A stretch of 64,000 bases of DNA from Hormiphora californensis. Its lineage: Eukaryota; Animalia; Ctenophora. The translations under genes were made by a program, and so were the position numbers. The DNA is taken from contig CM035354.1 in the NCBI GenBank assembly GCA_020137815.1, positions 7,502,001 through 7,566,000 of the forward strand. Reading direction: 5' to 3'. The notes under the pieces were generated by a model. The model was not told the DNA's origin and searched no databases. It worked only from the letters and a program-made list of their open reading frames with translations. Positions 10,369 to 22,088 of the stretch are shown piece after piece; position 1 is the first letter of the stretch; the number at the start of each line of letters is the position of its first letter.

Positions 10369-13210
10369 TGAGAGAAAAGAGAGAGGGCCGAGGGGTGGGT
10401 ACTGGATACTGTGTAGTGAGAGAAACCTTCTCCAAATCGTGTCTCATATCGTCTAACACTCCAAATAAGCTTTCCAAAATATATTTATTAAACTCTTTTG
10501 GGTGGGGTGGTGTTCAAGAGGTCAGCCAAAATTTTACACTGACTCATCGTTATTGCCTGGCTCTACCCTCTTTGCGTGCGCCCGCCCTCTTTTACAAATG
10601 TAAACGAGGGTTATAACGTCGTTATGGCTCTCATGCAGCATGCTGAGAATTTAGATATATTAGGGATGCCAACCTACTCAGTACTCTTGACATCATATCT
10701 ATAACCCACACACTCAATTCCAGGTGTTCAACGGTTGATTGTCCTTCTCAAAAATAGTCCATCAGAGGATAACTACTATCTCACACATCAACAGCTACAG
10801 CTGCATGTGGAACAGGAAAGGAAGCAGTGAATCACTGTCAGTGATCGATGGGAAAAGGGGTTATGTTGCATGTCACGCCCCTCTGTTCGCCGTCAAGTGG
10901 TTATGGCATCGACATTATAAGGTGAGAGCAACCAGTGGTAGATTATGCTTTTTAGTTCTCTATATTTTAGTTGACAAATGACAAGTCAAAATATTTTAAT
11001 TCTCTAATTATTTTCTCTCACCCTACCTGCTAGCTACCATTCTATGAATCCTCAATCCACCCTCAGTAGCTGTCACTCTCTCGCTCTGGCTCTATCTACT
11101 TCTCTCCGCCTCTCTCAATCTCCTCTCTCTCTCTCTTTCGTTGTATGTAGCTGTAGTACGGGATAAGATCTCGCGTATGTGATCCTATCCTTCTTGTGGG
11201 TGATTGTGTTGCAGGACTGGATCACTCGAATGTGATGTTAGGTTTTATCAGTTGTTTAGCAGACATAAACCCTGGCCCCTGCCCTTACTCAACAACTGCC
11301 CATAGTAATCCCTGGCAACCGTTTATCTTCCCTGGGTGGTATTAATTCAACAACCTTCTTTTTTCATTTTTGGTGACCCCCCGAAATTTATAAAACTTTC
11401 CTAGTAACCCTATAGGCCCGGCCCTGGCCCCTGGGGCCCGAACAACATGACACTTGCTATTCCCAAGATAGCAGATATAATATATAACATATTCTCTCTA
11501 CAGATAACGTTACGATTAGTCGAACACTGTTTCACCTTTACCAACACTCTTTTTACCCTCTAACACCCCTTCCCTCTCAGGAAAGAGATCTTGAAGAGGA
11601 ACAGCCCGGCCCAGCAGCCAAGAAATCACATCTCGACCTGAAGCTTATGATGTGGAGGATTACTGTGATAAGGTTTGTGTCCAGCTCTAGCCTCTAATCC
11701 CAGTTAGGTTGTTTTTCTCAATCGCCTAACTGCTAATTTACACTCTCGTTTACTGGTATAGCCCATGTTATATCTAATCACTTAACACCTGCTATCTGAA
11801 CCGAAACCCCAGTTTCTATCTATCTCACACCAACACCCCTAACTCACCCCCTGATTAACCAGGCCCTAATAACACCCCATCTCCTCCTCTCCAGGACCAC
11901 TCAGAGCCGGAATTCGACTTTCGAGTTGACTGTAACAAACTGCACCACATGATACTATGACGGCGACTGTGGCCTGTGGGTGCTGTTGTGATGTATGCTG
12001 TGATGTCAGGACATTGAAACAGAATCTTCCTTACTCCCCTACACTGTATATATATATATACACAATGGACCGTTTATTATAGAGTGTGTTTTTCATTTTC
12101 TTTAACATTGGTGTAAATAAATTGCCTCGATTGATTGAAACTGTTGTCTGTTCTTGATACTAACAGGACACCATTGCATGATATATCCAATACCTCCACC
12201 TCTGCCTACTCAAATTATGAGAATTTCGTTTATCTCAATGGTGTCCTGGGTTTTCAATGTTCATTGCCCGCAATTGGTGGCAAATCATTCGGTCTCAGTC
12301 CCGAAACGAACATTCACGTCGCGCGCGAGAACACACCAATGATGCTCTCGGCGCGGCGTAAAAATGCTAGTGTCAGCTCAATCAGCGATGTCGCCGACGG
12401 TCGGCGACGGTCGCCGACGTCGGGCGCGCACAACGATGGAGCAAGGATCCCCACTAGGCCCGGCTGCTTCAAAATATTTTGAAAAATTCAGCTTCCAAAT
12501 AAAACATGACGCGCGGCGCTGGTTAAATAAACTATACGCTGCATTTAAACATGCGACATAACAAATTGATCGCGATTTCAAAACTTTTCAAGATGGCCGT
12601 TTTTTTAACTTCTTCAAAATCCAACCTCCAGATGTCTCTCAGCTCTCTGGTCTTAAAGAACGCGAGATTTGGACCGCAGTTGCAAGTTATCTTTACCTTT
12701 GGGACTAGTAACATAAACTAGGAAAGTAGTAAAAGTTCACCCCATTTTGAGAATAAAAACGGGGTCTGGCGGCGCCAGATAGCATCGATGTAGGTCGTAG
12801 GATTGTAGGAAAGATTTAAAATGGGAGTGAGCAAAGTCACTGGATTTAAATGCAATCGGTATCCTGTCGTTAATCGGGTGTTAATTGTTTTGATCAGTCA
12901 AACAAGTATCAGGATGGAACAAAGAGGAGTTACAAACTGGTTTTGTCAACACTGTGGACACCCACTCTTTTATATTGACTGGGTTTGTGCATCATCGTTT
13001 GACTTCTCGTATAAAAATTTAATAACGAATGCAAAAGTTATAAGATTTAACAATTTTAAAACTACAAAGCATAATAATTTCTTTTCCTTTGTCAATTTGT
13101 CATTTATCTGCTCTTACTATCGAAGTCTTCTCACGATTGTTGGTAAATGGTATCTAATATTGATCACTCCATCGAGTACTATCTAACATTTGTTAAAGTG
13201 TCTTTGTAGT

Positions 13211-16200
13211 TTAATCCAGATTCTTAATCGCTTTCTGGACAATTTCGTAGAACTGTTTCTCTGAGAAATCTGATCTGTCGAAGCAGTAATCCTCAACAAT
13301 ACCCCAAGTGTAGATATAAGAATCATAGATTCCACCAACGCACACAAGGCAGGCATCATCAGTTGATGGTGTCTGTTCGATGGTACCAGTCCACTTGTTC
13401 CTCTTGTATTTCATCTCGGCTGCCCACTGTCCAGACTGGGAGCTCTTACTGACAATCATGGCAGCACCCCACATGTCCTTCTTCTGATTCACTTCATCTC
13501 CATATTTAGCGGCGTGGTAGTTACACATGACCTTCACCTTGTTGGCATCACTTCCCTTGATGGACTTCACCTTCACCTTACTCTCCATCATCTTGAAGGC
13601 CCACGCGTCGTTGGAACAACTCAGAGCAACCTCCTCTCCAGCCATACATGGCATTTTGGCCATTGAGTAGGGTGTGTAACTGCAGTCATCAACATTGGTG
13701 GAGTTATAGCCACATCGAACTGTAGTAGCTCCGAAGGGGAACATGCCAAGCTTTTTGAGGGACAGGAAGTTGGTAGCAGGGACTGTTTGGCCGTTGTTGT
13801 AACCGAACTTGGCACAAGCGAGACGGGCAGCATTTGCAGTGAATCCATCATCACACACCTTTCCGAACCTATCCGCACTGTACTTGCCCTCCTCGTCAGG
13901 TGCAATTCCGAGGAGAATGCCACTGTCACACCCCTTCTCACCGGCCATACAAGGATCACCCCTTCCCTGGTACAACATGAGCTGGACATCTTCGACTGGG
14001 TAACCGTCCTTATCCTTATCATCATCCCAATCGTTATCATCATCCTTGTCGTCATCCTTGTCATCATCCTTGTCATCATCCTTGTCGTCATCCTTGTCAT
14101 CATCCTTGTCATCATCCTTGTCATCATCCTTGTCATCATCCTTGTCATCATCCTTGTCATCATCCTTGTCATCATCCTTGTCATCATCCTTGTCATCATC
14201 CTTGTCATCATCCTTGTCATCATCCTTGTCGTCATCCTTGTCATCATCCTTGTCATCATCCTTGTCATCATCCTTGTCATCATCCTTGTCATCATCCTTG
14301 TCATCATCCTTGTCATCATCCTTGTCATCATCCTTGTCATCATCCTTGTCATCATCCTTGTCATCATCCTTGTCGTCATCCTTGTCGTCATCCTTGTCAT
14401 CATCCTTGTCATCATCCTTGTCATCATCCTTGTCATCATCCTTGTCTCCATCCTTGTCATCATCCTTGTCATCATCCTTGTCATCATCCTTGTCATCATC
14501 CTTGTCATCATCCTTGTCATCATCCTTGTCATCATCCTTGTCATCATCCTTGTCATCATCCTTGTCGTCATCCTTGTCATCATCCTTGTCGTCGTCCTTG
14601 TCGTCATCCTTGTCATCATCATCAGCTGGACAGACCTCAGCTCCGCTTATGCAGGAACTGGTGCTAGGACAGAACTCTCGTTCGAATTTGTCAGTGACCC
14701 AGCAAGTCTCTGTAGGTGCCTCAACGTTATCAGTGAATAATGATAGCCAATTACCTGCGGAAACGGAAATGTTCGATTTCGGGGAAAATTAGTACAGTCG
14801 GACCCCGATTTAGTGGCCCCCGATTTAGTGGCACCCCGATTTAGTGGCAGGATTTTTTCCCCCCAAAAATTTTTTTGATTTTTTTTGTGAAAATTTTTTG
14901 AAGATTTTTCAAAGAAACACCAGCCACGTCCGAATCGTGTTTCGAATCAGTGAATCTTATCGCATGTCCTGCTGCTAATTAGACGGTTCGGAAAGAACCG
15001 ATACGTGATCCCCATGAGGCCATTGTATCACAAGTTCACCAAGCGTCAAAATTTTGATTCGATGGGGATCACGTTTCGATTCGTTCCGAACCGTCTAATT
15101 AGCAGCAGGCCATGCGATAAGATGCACCGATTCGAAACAGGATTCGGACGTGGCTGGTATACCTTTAAAAAAATTAAAACTTTTTTTGCAAAATTTTACA
15201 GTAAGATTGTCAATGCTTTGATCGGTGCTCCCCATAAATTTTGAGAGAAAAAAATATTTTGAAATTTTGATACTTCCTCACCCGCTTAGGGTGCACCAAT
15301 TCGGCATGGTATCACGTATCGGTTCGTTTCGAACCCGCTAATTATACAGGACATCCAGTAAGCTGCACCGATTCGAAACACAAATCGGACGGGCCGGTAT
15401 AACTTAGAAAAATTTTCACAATTTTTTTGAAAAAATTAATTTATAGTTTTCTATTTCTAATCAGAAATGATCATGTCATCAATACATGAATATTGCATAT
15501 AACAGTTAGAGGTGTCTTTAGTTTTAGTATACTGTATAGCATTTTGGGCATAAAATAGGTTTTTATGGGCCAAATATGGCTCACCTCGATTTAGTGGCAC
15601 CCCGATTTAGTGGCAGGATTTTTTTCCCCCGATGATGCCACTAAATCGGGGTCCGACTGTAGTACCTTGGTCACTATAGTCCACGGAAAATTGATAATGC
15701 GGAAATAAAATACAAGTTGCACGTGATTTAGCTGCATTGTGTCTAGCTAAGTTTCCTAACATCCTGTTTTGTCCAAGACGTTTACCTGGTGGACTGTAGT
15801 TACAACAAGTGTAGAAATTGGTGCCCTGGCCCTCCTCTCGTCTTGCGACAGATGCACAACCAAGCTGTGTAGAACTCTTCCACACCATCTAGACATTGGG
15901 GTTAGTTTGGCGGTTACAAAATCGAATACACGATAATAATAACGTGGCCAGTTTTGACGAATCACAGCTCAGAACAGCTCTTATGACGTGTGGGTCAGAT
16001 TGCATACTGGACGTTCGCGACATGTGAAGAATTCCGAGGTTGCTGATATCCTTACTATAAAGCGATAATTTTCTTCTCCTACTATAAGTACGTACCTGAG
16101 TAAAGTGTCCTATGTCTTCAGAAGCGTCGGTTGTCTTTCCAGTTACGTAGTTATAAAACTCCACTTCATCATACCAGTTGAAGTGTGCCTGTTTAATGGC

Positions 16201-19200
16201 ACTTGCTAGTCCTGCCTGGATTTGATCATCAGAAAGGTCCATACTCGTCCAGGCCCAGGCAATGTTCTCTCCGAAACTGAAAAGGGTTGGCTATGTTAGG
16301 ATCTTTCCGTGCAATATAATGAAGTTGGTGGCGGAATCATAAGTTGGCAAATTGGGATGAGCGTAGTACTTACCCAGAGTCTTTCGAGTGTTCGAACTTC
16401 TTATTTTCTGCAAGGTAGTTACACCACTGACTGGCAAAGGCGGCAATGGTATCATTCCATGCCAATCCAGGAGAGTTGTGGACTGCCCTGGCCTCGTTGT
16501 GCATAGCAACTCCGACTTGGGAAGCCACCCCGCCTGTAAACAATGGATTAGAATAGTGTATTATGGGGGATAAATTCTAAGAGAAGAAACGTTCGGGTCG
16601 TAGTTACCCCTTTCTCTCTAGTCTAGCAGCTAGCTGGTAAAAACCAATAATTGAGGTACAGCACATACCATCAAGATGATCCAACGTCACGCCATCTCCA
16701 TCCTTGTCTCCATCCTTGTCTCCATCCTTGTCTCCATCCTTGTCTCCATCCTTGTCTCCATCATTGTCTCCATCATTGTCTCCATCTTTGTCATCATCTC
16801 CATCATCAGCTGGACAGACCTCAGCTCCGCTTATGCAGGAACTGGTGCTGGGACAGAACTCTCGCTCGAATTTGTCAGTGACCCAGCAAGTCTCTGTAGG
16901 TGCCTCGACGTTCTCTGGGTATAATGATTCCCCATTCATGTACATGTTACCTGCGGAAATGGAAATGTTAGATTTTGGGAAAAGTAGTAACTACCTTGGT
17001 CACTATCATTGTGTCTATAGCTAAATTTCCTAACATCCTGTTTTGTCCAAGACGTTTACCTGGTGGACTGTAGTTACAACAAGTGTAGAAATTGGTGCCC
17101 TCGCCCTCCTCTCGTCTTGCGACAGATGCACAACCTAGCTGTGTAGAACTCTTCCACACCATCTAGACATTGGGGTTAGTTTGACGGTTACAAAATCGAA
17201 TACACGATAATAATAACGTGGCCAGTTTTGACGAATCACAGCTCCGAACTTGTTATGTTCTAACCCTCCTTTACGTGTGAAACAGAGTCTAGCTAGGCAA
17301 ATCCGAACAGCTTGCTTATGACGTGTGGGTCACGAGTGAGCACTGTGCACTGGACGTTCGCGACATGAAGATTTCCGAGGTTGCTGATATCCTTACTATA
17401 GTCTGATTTTAAATAACTGTCGTTTTTTAGAGTTTTCAAATTTCTTTAAATGACCATAAGTCCGGTTCCTGATGAGATAGAGACTTGAAATTTGGAGGTT
17501 ACGAAGATCTTGTTAAGTTCTTCCGAACCTCCAAATTTCAAGTCTCCATCTTATCAGGAATCGGAGATATGATAAATTTTGTTATTTCAGGGGTGCGACA
17601 GTTTCAAAAAATCCGACTTTAAGCGATAATTTTCTTCTCTTACTATAAGTACGCACCTGAGTAAAGTGTCCTACGGCTTTATTGCTGTCGGTTGTCTTTC
17701 CAGTTACGAAATTATAAAACTCCACTTCATCATACCAGTTGAAGTGTGCCTGTTGAAGGGCACTTGCTAGTCCTTCCTGGATTTGCTCATCAGTAAGTTC
17801 CACACTCTTCCAGGCCCAGGCAATGTTCTCTCCGAAACTGAAAAGGGTTGGCTATGTTAGGATCTTTCCGCGAAATATAATGACGTTGGTGGCGGAATCA
17901 TAAGTTGGCAAATTGGGATGAGCGTAGTACTTACCCAGAGTCTTTCGAGTGTTCGAACTTCTTATTTTCTGCAAGGTAGTTACACCACTGACTGGCAAAG
18001 GCGGCAATGGTATCATTCCATGCCAATCCAGGAGAGTTGTGGACTGCCCTAGCCTCGTTGTGCATAGCAACTCCGACTTGAGAAGCCACTCCACCTGAAG
18101 ACAGTGCATTGGAATAGTGTATTATGGGGGATAAATTCTAAGAGAAGAAACCTTCGGGTGGTAGGTACCCCTTTCTCTAGTCTAGCTGGTAAAAACCAAG
18201 AATTCAGCACATACCATCAAGATGATCCAACGTCACGCCATCTCCATCCTTGTCTCCATCATTATCCCCATCCTTGTCTCCATCCTTATCTCCATCTTTG
18301 TCTCCGTCTTGGTCTCCATCTTGGTCTCCATCTTGGTCTCCATCCTTGTCATCATCTTGGTCTCCATCTTGGTCTCCATCATTGTCTCCATCATTATCTC
18401 CATCATTATCTCCATCCTTGTCTCCATCCTTGTCATCATCTTGGTCTCCATCCTTGTCTCCATCCTTGTCATCATCTTGGTCTCCATCTTGGTCTCCATC
18501 ATTGTCTCCATCCTTGTCTCCATCTTTGTCTCCATCTTTGTCATCATCTCCATCATCATCTCCATCATCAGCTGGACAGACCTCAGCTCCGCTTATGCAG
18601 GAACTGGTGCTGGGACAGAACTCTCGCTCGAATTTGTCAGTGACCCAGCAAGTCTCTGTAGGTGCCTCGACGTTCTCTGGGTATAATGATTCCCCATTCA
18701 TGTACATGTTACCTGCGGAAATGGAAATGTTGGATTTTGGGAAAAGTAGTAACTACCTTGGTCACTATCATTGTGTCTTGTTATGTTTCCTAACATCCTG
18801 TTTTAATTTTTATCCAAGACGTTTACCTGGTGGACTGTAGTTACAACAAGTGTAGAAATTGGTGCCCTCGCCCTCCTCTCGTCTTGCGACAGATGCACAA
18901 CCTAGCTGTGTAGAACTCTTCCACACCATCTAGACATTGGGGTTAGTTTGGCGGTTACAAAATCGAATAATAATAACGTGGCCAGTTTTGACGAATCACA
19001 GCTCCGAACTTGTTATGTTCTAACCCTCTTTTACGTGCGAAACAGAGTCTAGCTACGCAACTCCGAACAGCTCTTATAACGTGTGGGACGTAGGTCACGA
19101 GTGAGCAGTGCTCACTGAGCACTGTACGTTCGCGACATGAAGCTTTCCGAGGTTGCTGATACCCTTACTAAGCGATAATTTTCTTACTCCTATTATAAGT

Positions 19201-21532
19201 ACGCACCTGAGTAAAGTGTCCTATGGCTTTATTGCTGTCGGTTGTCTTTCCAGTTACGTAATTATAAAACTCCACTTCATCATACCAGTTGAAGTGTGCC
19301 TGTCGAAGGGCACTTGCTAGTCCTTCCTGGATTTGATCATCAGAAAGGTCCATACTCGTCCAGGCCCAGGCAATGTTCTCTCCGAAACTGAAAAGGGTAT
19401 GCTGTGTTAGGATCTTTCCGTGAAATATAATGACGTTGGTGGCGGAATCATTATAAGTTGGCAAATTGCGTGAGCGTAGTACTTACCCAGAGTCTTTAGA
19501 GTGTTCGAACTTCTTATTTTCTGCAAGGTAGTTACACCACTGGCTGGCAAAGGCGGCAATGGTATCATTCCATGCCAATCCAGGAGAGTTGTGGACTGCC
19601 CTGGCCTCGTTGTGCATAGCAACTCCGACTTGGGAAGCCACCCCGCCTGAAGACAGTGCATTGGAATAGTGTATTATGGGGGATAAATTCTAAGAGAAGA
19701 AACCTTCGGGTGGTAGGTACCCCTTTCTCTAGTCTAGCTGGTAAAAACCAAGAATTCAGCACATACCATCAAGATGATCCAACGTCACGCCATCTCCATC
19801 CTTGTCTCCATCATTATCCCCATCCTTGTCTCCATCCTTATCTCCATCTTTGTCTCCGTCTTGGTCTCCATCTTGGTCTCCATCTTGGTCTCCATCCTTG
19901 TCATCATCTTGGTCTCCATCTTGGTCTCCATCATTGTCTCCATCATTATCTCCATCATTATCTCCATCCTTGTCTCCATCCTTGTCATCATCTTGGTCTC
20001 CATCCTTGTCTCCATCCTTGTCATCATCTTGGTCTCCATCCTTGTCTCCATCCTTGTCTCCATCCTTGTCTCCATCATTGTCTCCATCTTTGTCTCATCT
20101 TCATCATCTCCATCATCAGCTGGACAGACCTCAGCTCCGCTTATGCAGGAACTGGTGCTGGGACAGAACTCTCGCTCGAATTTGTCAGTGACCCAGCAAG
20201 TCTCTGTAGGTGCCTCAACGTTCTCTGGGTATAATGATTGCCCATTCATGTCCATGTTACCTGCGGAAATGGAAATGTTGGATTTTGGGGAAAAGTAGTA
20301 ACTACCTTGGTCACTATCATTGTGTCTAGCTAAATTTCCTAACATCCTGTTTTAATTTTTGTCCAAGACGTTTACCTGGTGGACTGTAGTTACAACAAGT
20401 GTAGAAATTGGTGCCCTCGCCCTCCTCTCGTCTTGCGACAGATGCACAACCAAGCTGTGTAGAACTCTTCCACACCATCTAGACATTAGTTAGGGGTTAG
20501 TTTGGCGGTTACAAAATCGAATAATAATAACGTGGCCAGTTTTGACGAATCACAGCTCCGAACTTGTTATGTTCTAACCCTCTTTTACGTGCGAAACAGA
20601 GTCTAGCTACGCAACTCCGAACAGCTCTTATAACGTGTGGGACGTAGGTCACGAGTGAGCAGTGAGCACTGGACGTTCGCGACATGAAGCTTTCCGAGGT
20701 TGCTGATACCCTTACTAAGCGATAATTATTAATTTTCTTCTCCTACTATAAGTACGCACCTGAGTAAAGTGTCCTACGGCTTTATTGCTGTCGGTTGTCT
20801 TTCCAGTTACGTAATTATAAAACTCCACTTCATCATACCAGTTGAAGTGTGCCTGTTGAAGGGCACTTGCTAGTCCTTCCTGGATTTGCTCATCTGTAAG
20901 TTCCACACTCGTCCAGGCCCAGGCAATGTTCTCTCCGAAACTGAAAAGGGTTGGCTAGGATGTTAGGATCTTTCCGTGAAATATAATGAAGGTGGTGGCG
21001 GAATCATAAGTTGGCAAATTGGGATGAGCGTAGTACTTACCCAGAGTCTTTAGAGTGCTCGAACTTCTTATTTTCTGCAAGGTAGTTACACCACTGACTG
21101 GCAAAGGCGGCAATGGTATCATTCCATGCCAATCCAGGAGAGTTGTGGACTGCCCTAGCCTCGTTGTGCATAGCAACTCCGGCTTGAGAAGCCACCCCGC
21201 CTGTAAACAGTGCATTGGAATAGTGTATTATGGGGGATAAACCTTCGGGTCGAAGTTACCCCTTTCTCTCTAGTCTAGCTGGTAAAAACCAAGAATTGCA
21301 GGACATACCATCAAGATGATCCAACGTCACGCCATCTCCATCCTCCATCCTCGATCCTCCATCCAACGTCACGCCATGGCTGACAGCCAGTAGTAGTACA
21401 AACACTAGAAATAAAGGGGTCGTTAGTGATCCTGTTTAGTTCCAAACGCTCATGGGTATAATATAGTTAGTAATACTCTTTATCAATTATCCTGACTACG
21501 AACAAAAGAGACTCACCTAAACTTTGTCGCAT
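13211..21532 (-). CDS. Secreted multi-exon protein: signal peptide, 4 tandem CAP (SCP/PR-1) domains each followed by a Cys-rich module and Asp-rich linker, ~200-aa (DDKD)n tract, SRCR domain, unique C-terminus
   Basis: ATG at 21532; exons 21517-21532 and 21309-21431 give MRQSLGSLTTPLFLVFVLLLAVSHG. CAP motifs HNEARAVH..LAWN, FEHS, GENIAW, WYDE, GHFTQMVWKSSTQLGCA and CNYSPPGN occur four times at ~1.5-kb spacing. The last exon (13211-14754) is in frame through the DDKD tract to GKVCDDGFT..AARLAC (SRCR). One apparent frameshift at ~20096. Confidence 0.85.
14036..14625 (-). repeat. Coding 12-bp minisatellite, about 49 copies, encoding (DDKD)n
   Basis: (ATCCTTGTCATC)n, in frame with the flanking CAP-end and SRCR coding sequence. 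Confidence 0.9.
14795..15659. mobile_element. Tc1/mariner(pogo)-type non-autonomous element in a CAP-gene intron
   Basis: TA|CAGTCGGACCCCGATTTAGTGG...CCACTAAATCGGGGTCCGACTG|TA. Absent from the three paralogous introns. Confidence 0.9.
17399..17619. mobile_element. MITE, AAGTCGGATTTTTTGAAACTGTC family (TA TSD)
   Basis: Degenerate left and intact right TIR; internal sequence shared with 24806-25027. Empty site in the paralogous intron near 16055. Confidence 0.8.
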
Positions 21533-21657
21533 AGTAGATTTAAAATTTAAAACGAATATAACTTTACAATTACCATAAATGAAGTTTGATTGTTATCTCC
21601 ACACTCGACATGGCCCCAATATGACACAATTACCTGATACATGTCAGCCAAGCAGGG

Positions 21658-21806
<149 letters not shown>

Positions 21807-22088
21807 AACAATTATTGAACCCACTATGTCATAACAAGTTCCCCTGTTCCACCGATCTAGTTCCAATACAGTCAGTACAAAGGAACTACCGCAATACATG
21901 ATCTGAACTGTTGCAGTATCAACCTGACGACAATGACTGCATCACTGCCGGATATAGTTCCACACCACGTACTGTGTAATGACAAGTGAACTGCTTGTAC
22001 CACTACCATAGAACATTCAAGTTACAACAATCTATTATCTCAACATACAACAACTTTAAATCTCTCTACTTTTGATAGCGATCCTGAA

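Larger units (their letters stand above)
3960..12456. mobile_element. Outer copy of a ~4.2-kb non-autonomous TIR DNA transposon (TAG...CTA ends, Academ-like), split into 3960-4046 and 8315-12456
   Basis: Imperfect TIRs: TAGTGGAGAGCGCAGCTCCA vs reverse complement of the right end TAGTGGGGATCCTTGCTCCA (15/20). It interrupts the CRE RT between EAAG (12457-12470) and PLQL, with GG duplicated. Confidence 0.7.

Noticed and set aside
4131-12457. Tandem Helitron pair (GC hairpins followed by CTAG at ~8228, ~8312 and ~12454)
   Set aside because: Imperfect TIRs, the GTA TSD and the shared breakpoint with the 87-bp repeat are better explained by self-insertion of a TIR element. The final CTAG is followed by G, not T.
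13621-14792. MMTR, ILVI and SSSL repeat ORFs (also at 16651-20345)
   Set aside because: Alternative frames and antisense of the Asp-rich coding repeat; only the D/K frame joins the CAP and SRCR sequence.
14795-14850. CRISPR-like short direct repeats (CCCCGATTTAGTGG), also TGCAGGGGCAAA at 35-39 kb
   Set aside because: Subterminal and internal repeats of eukaryotic transposons; no unique regular spacers and no cas genes.
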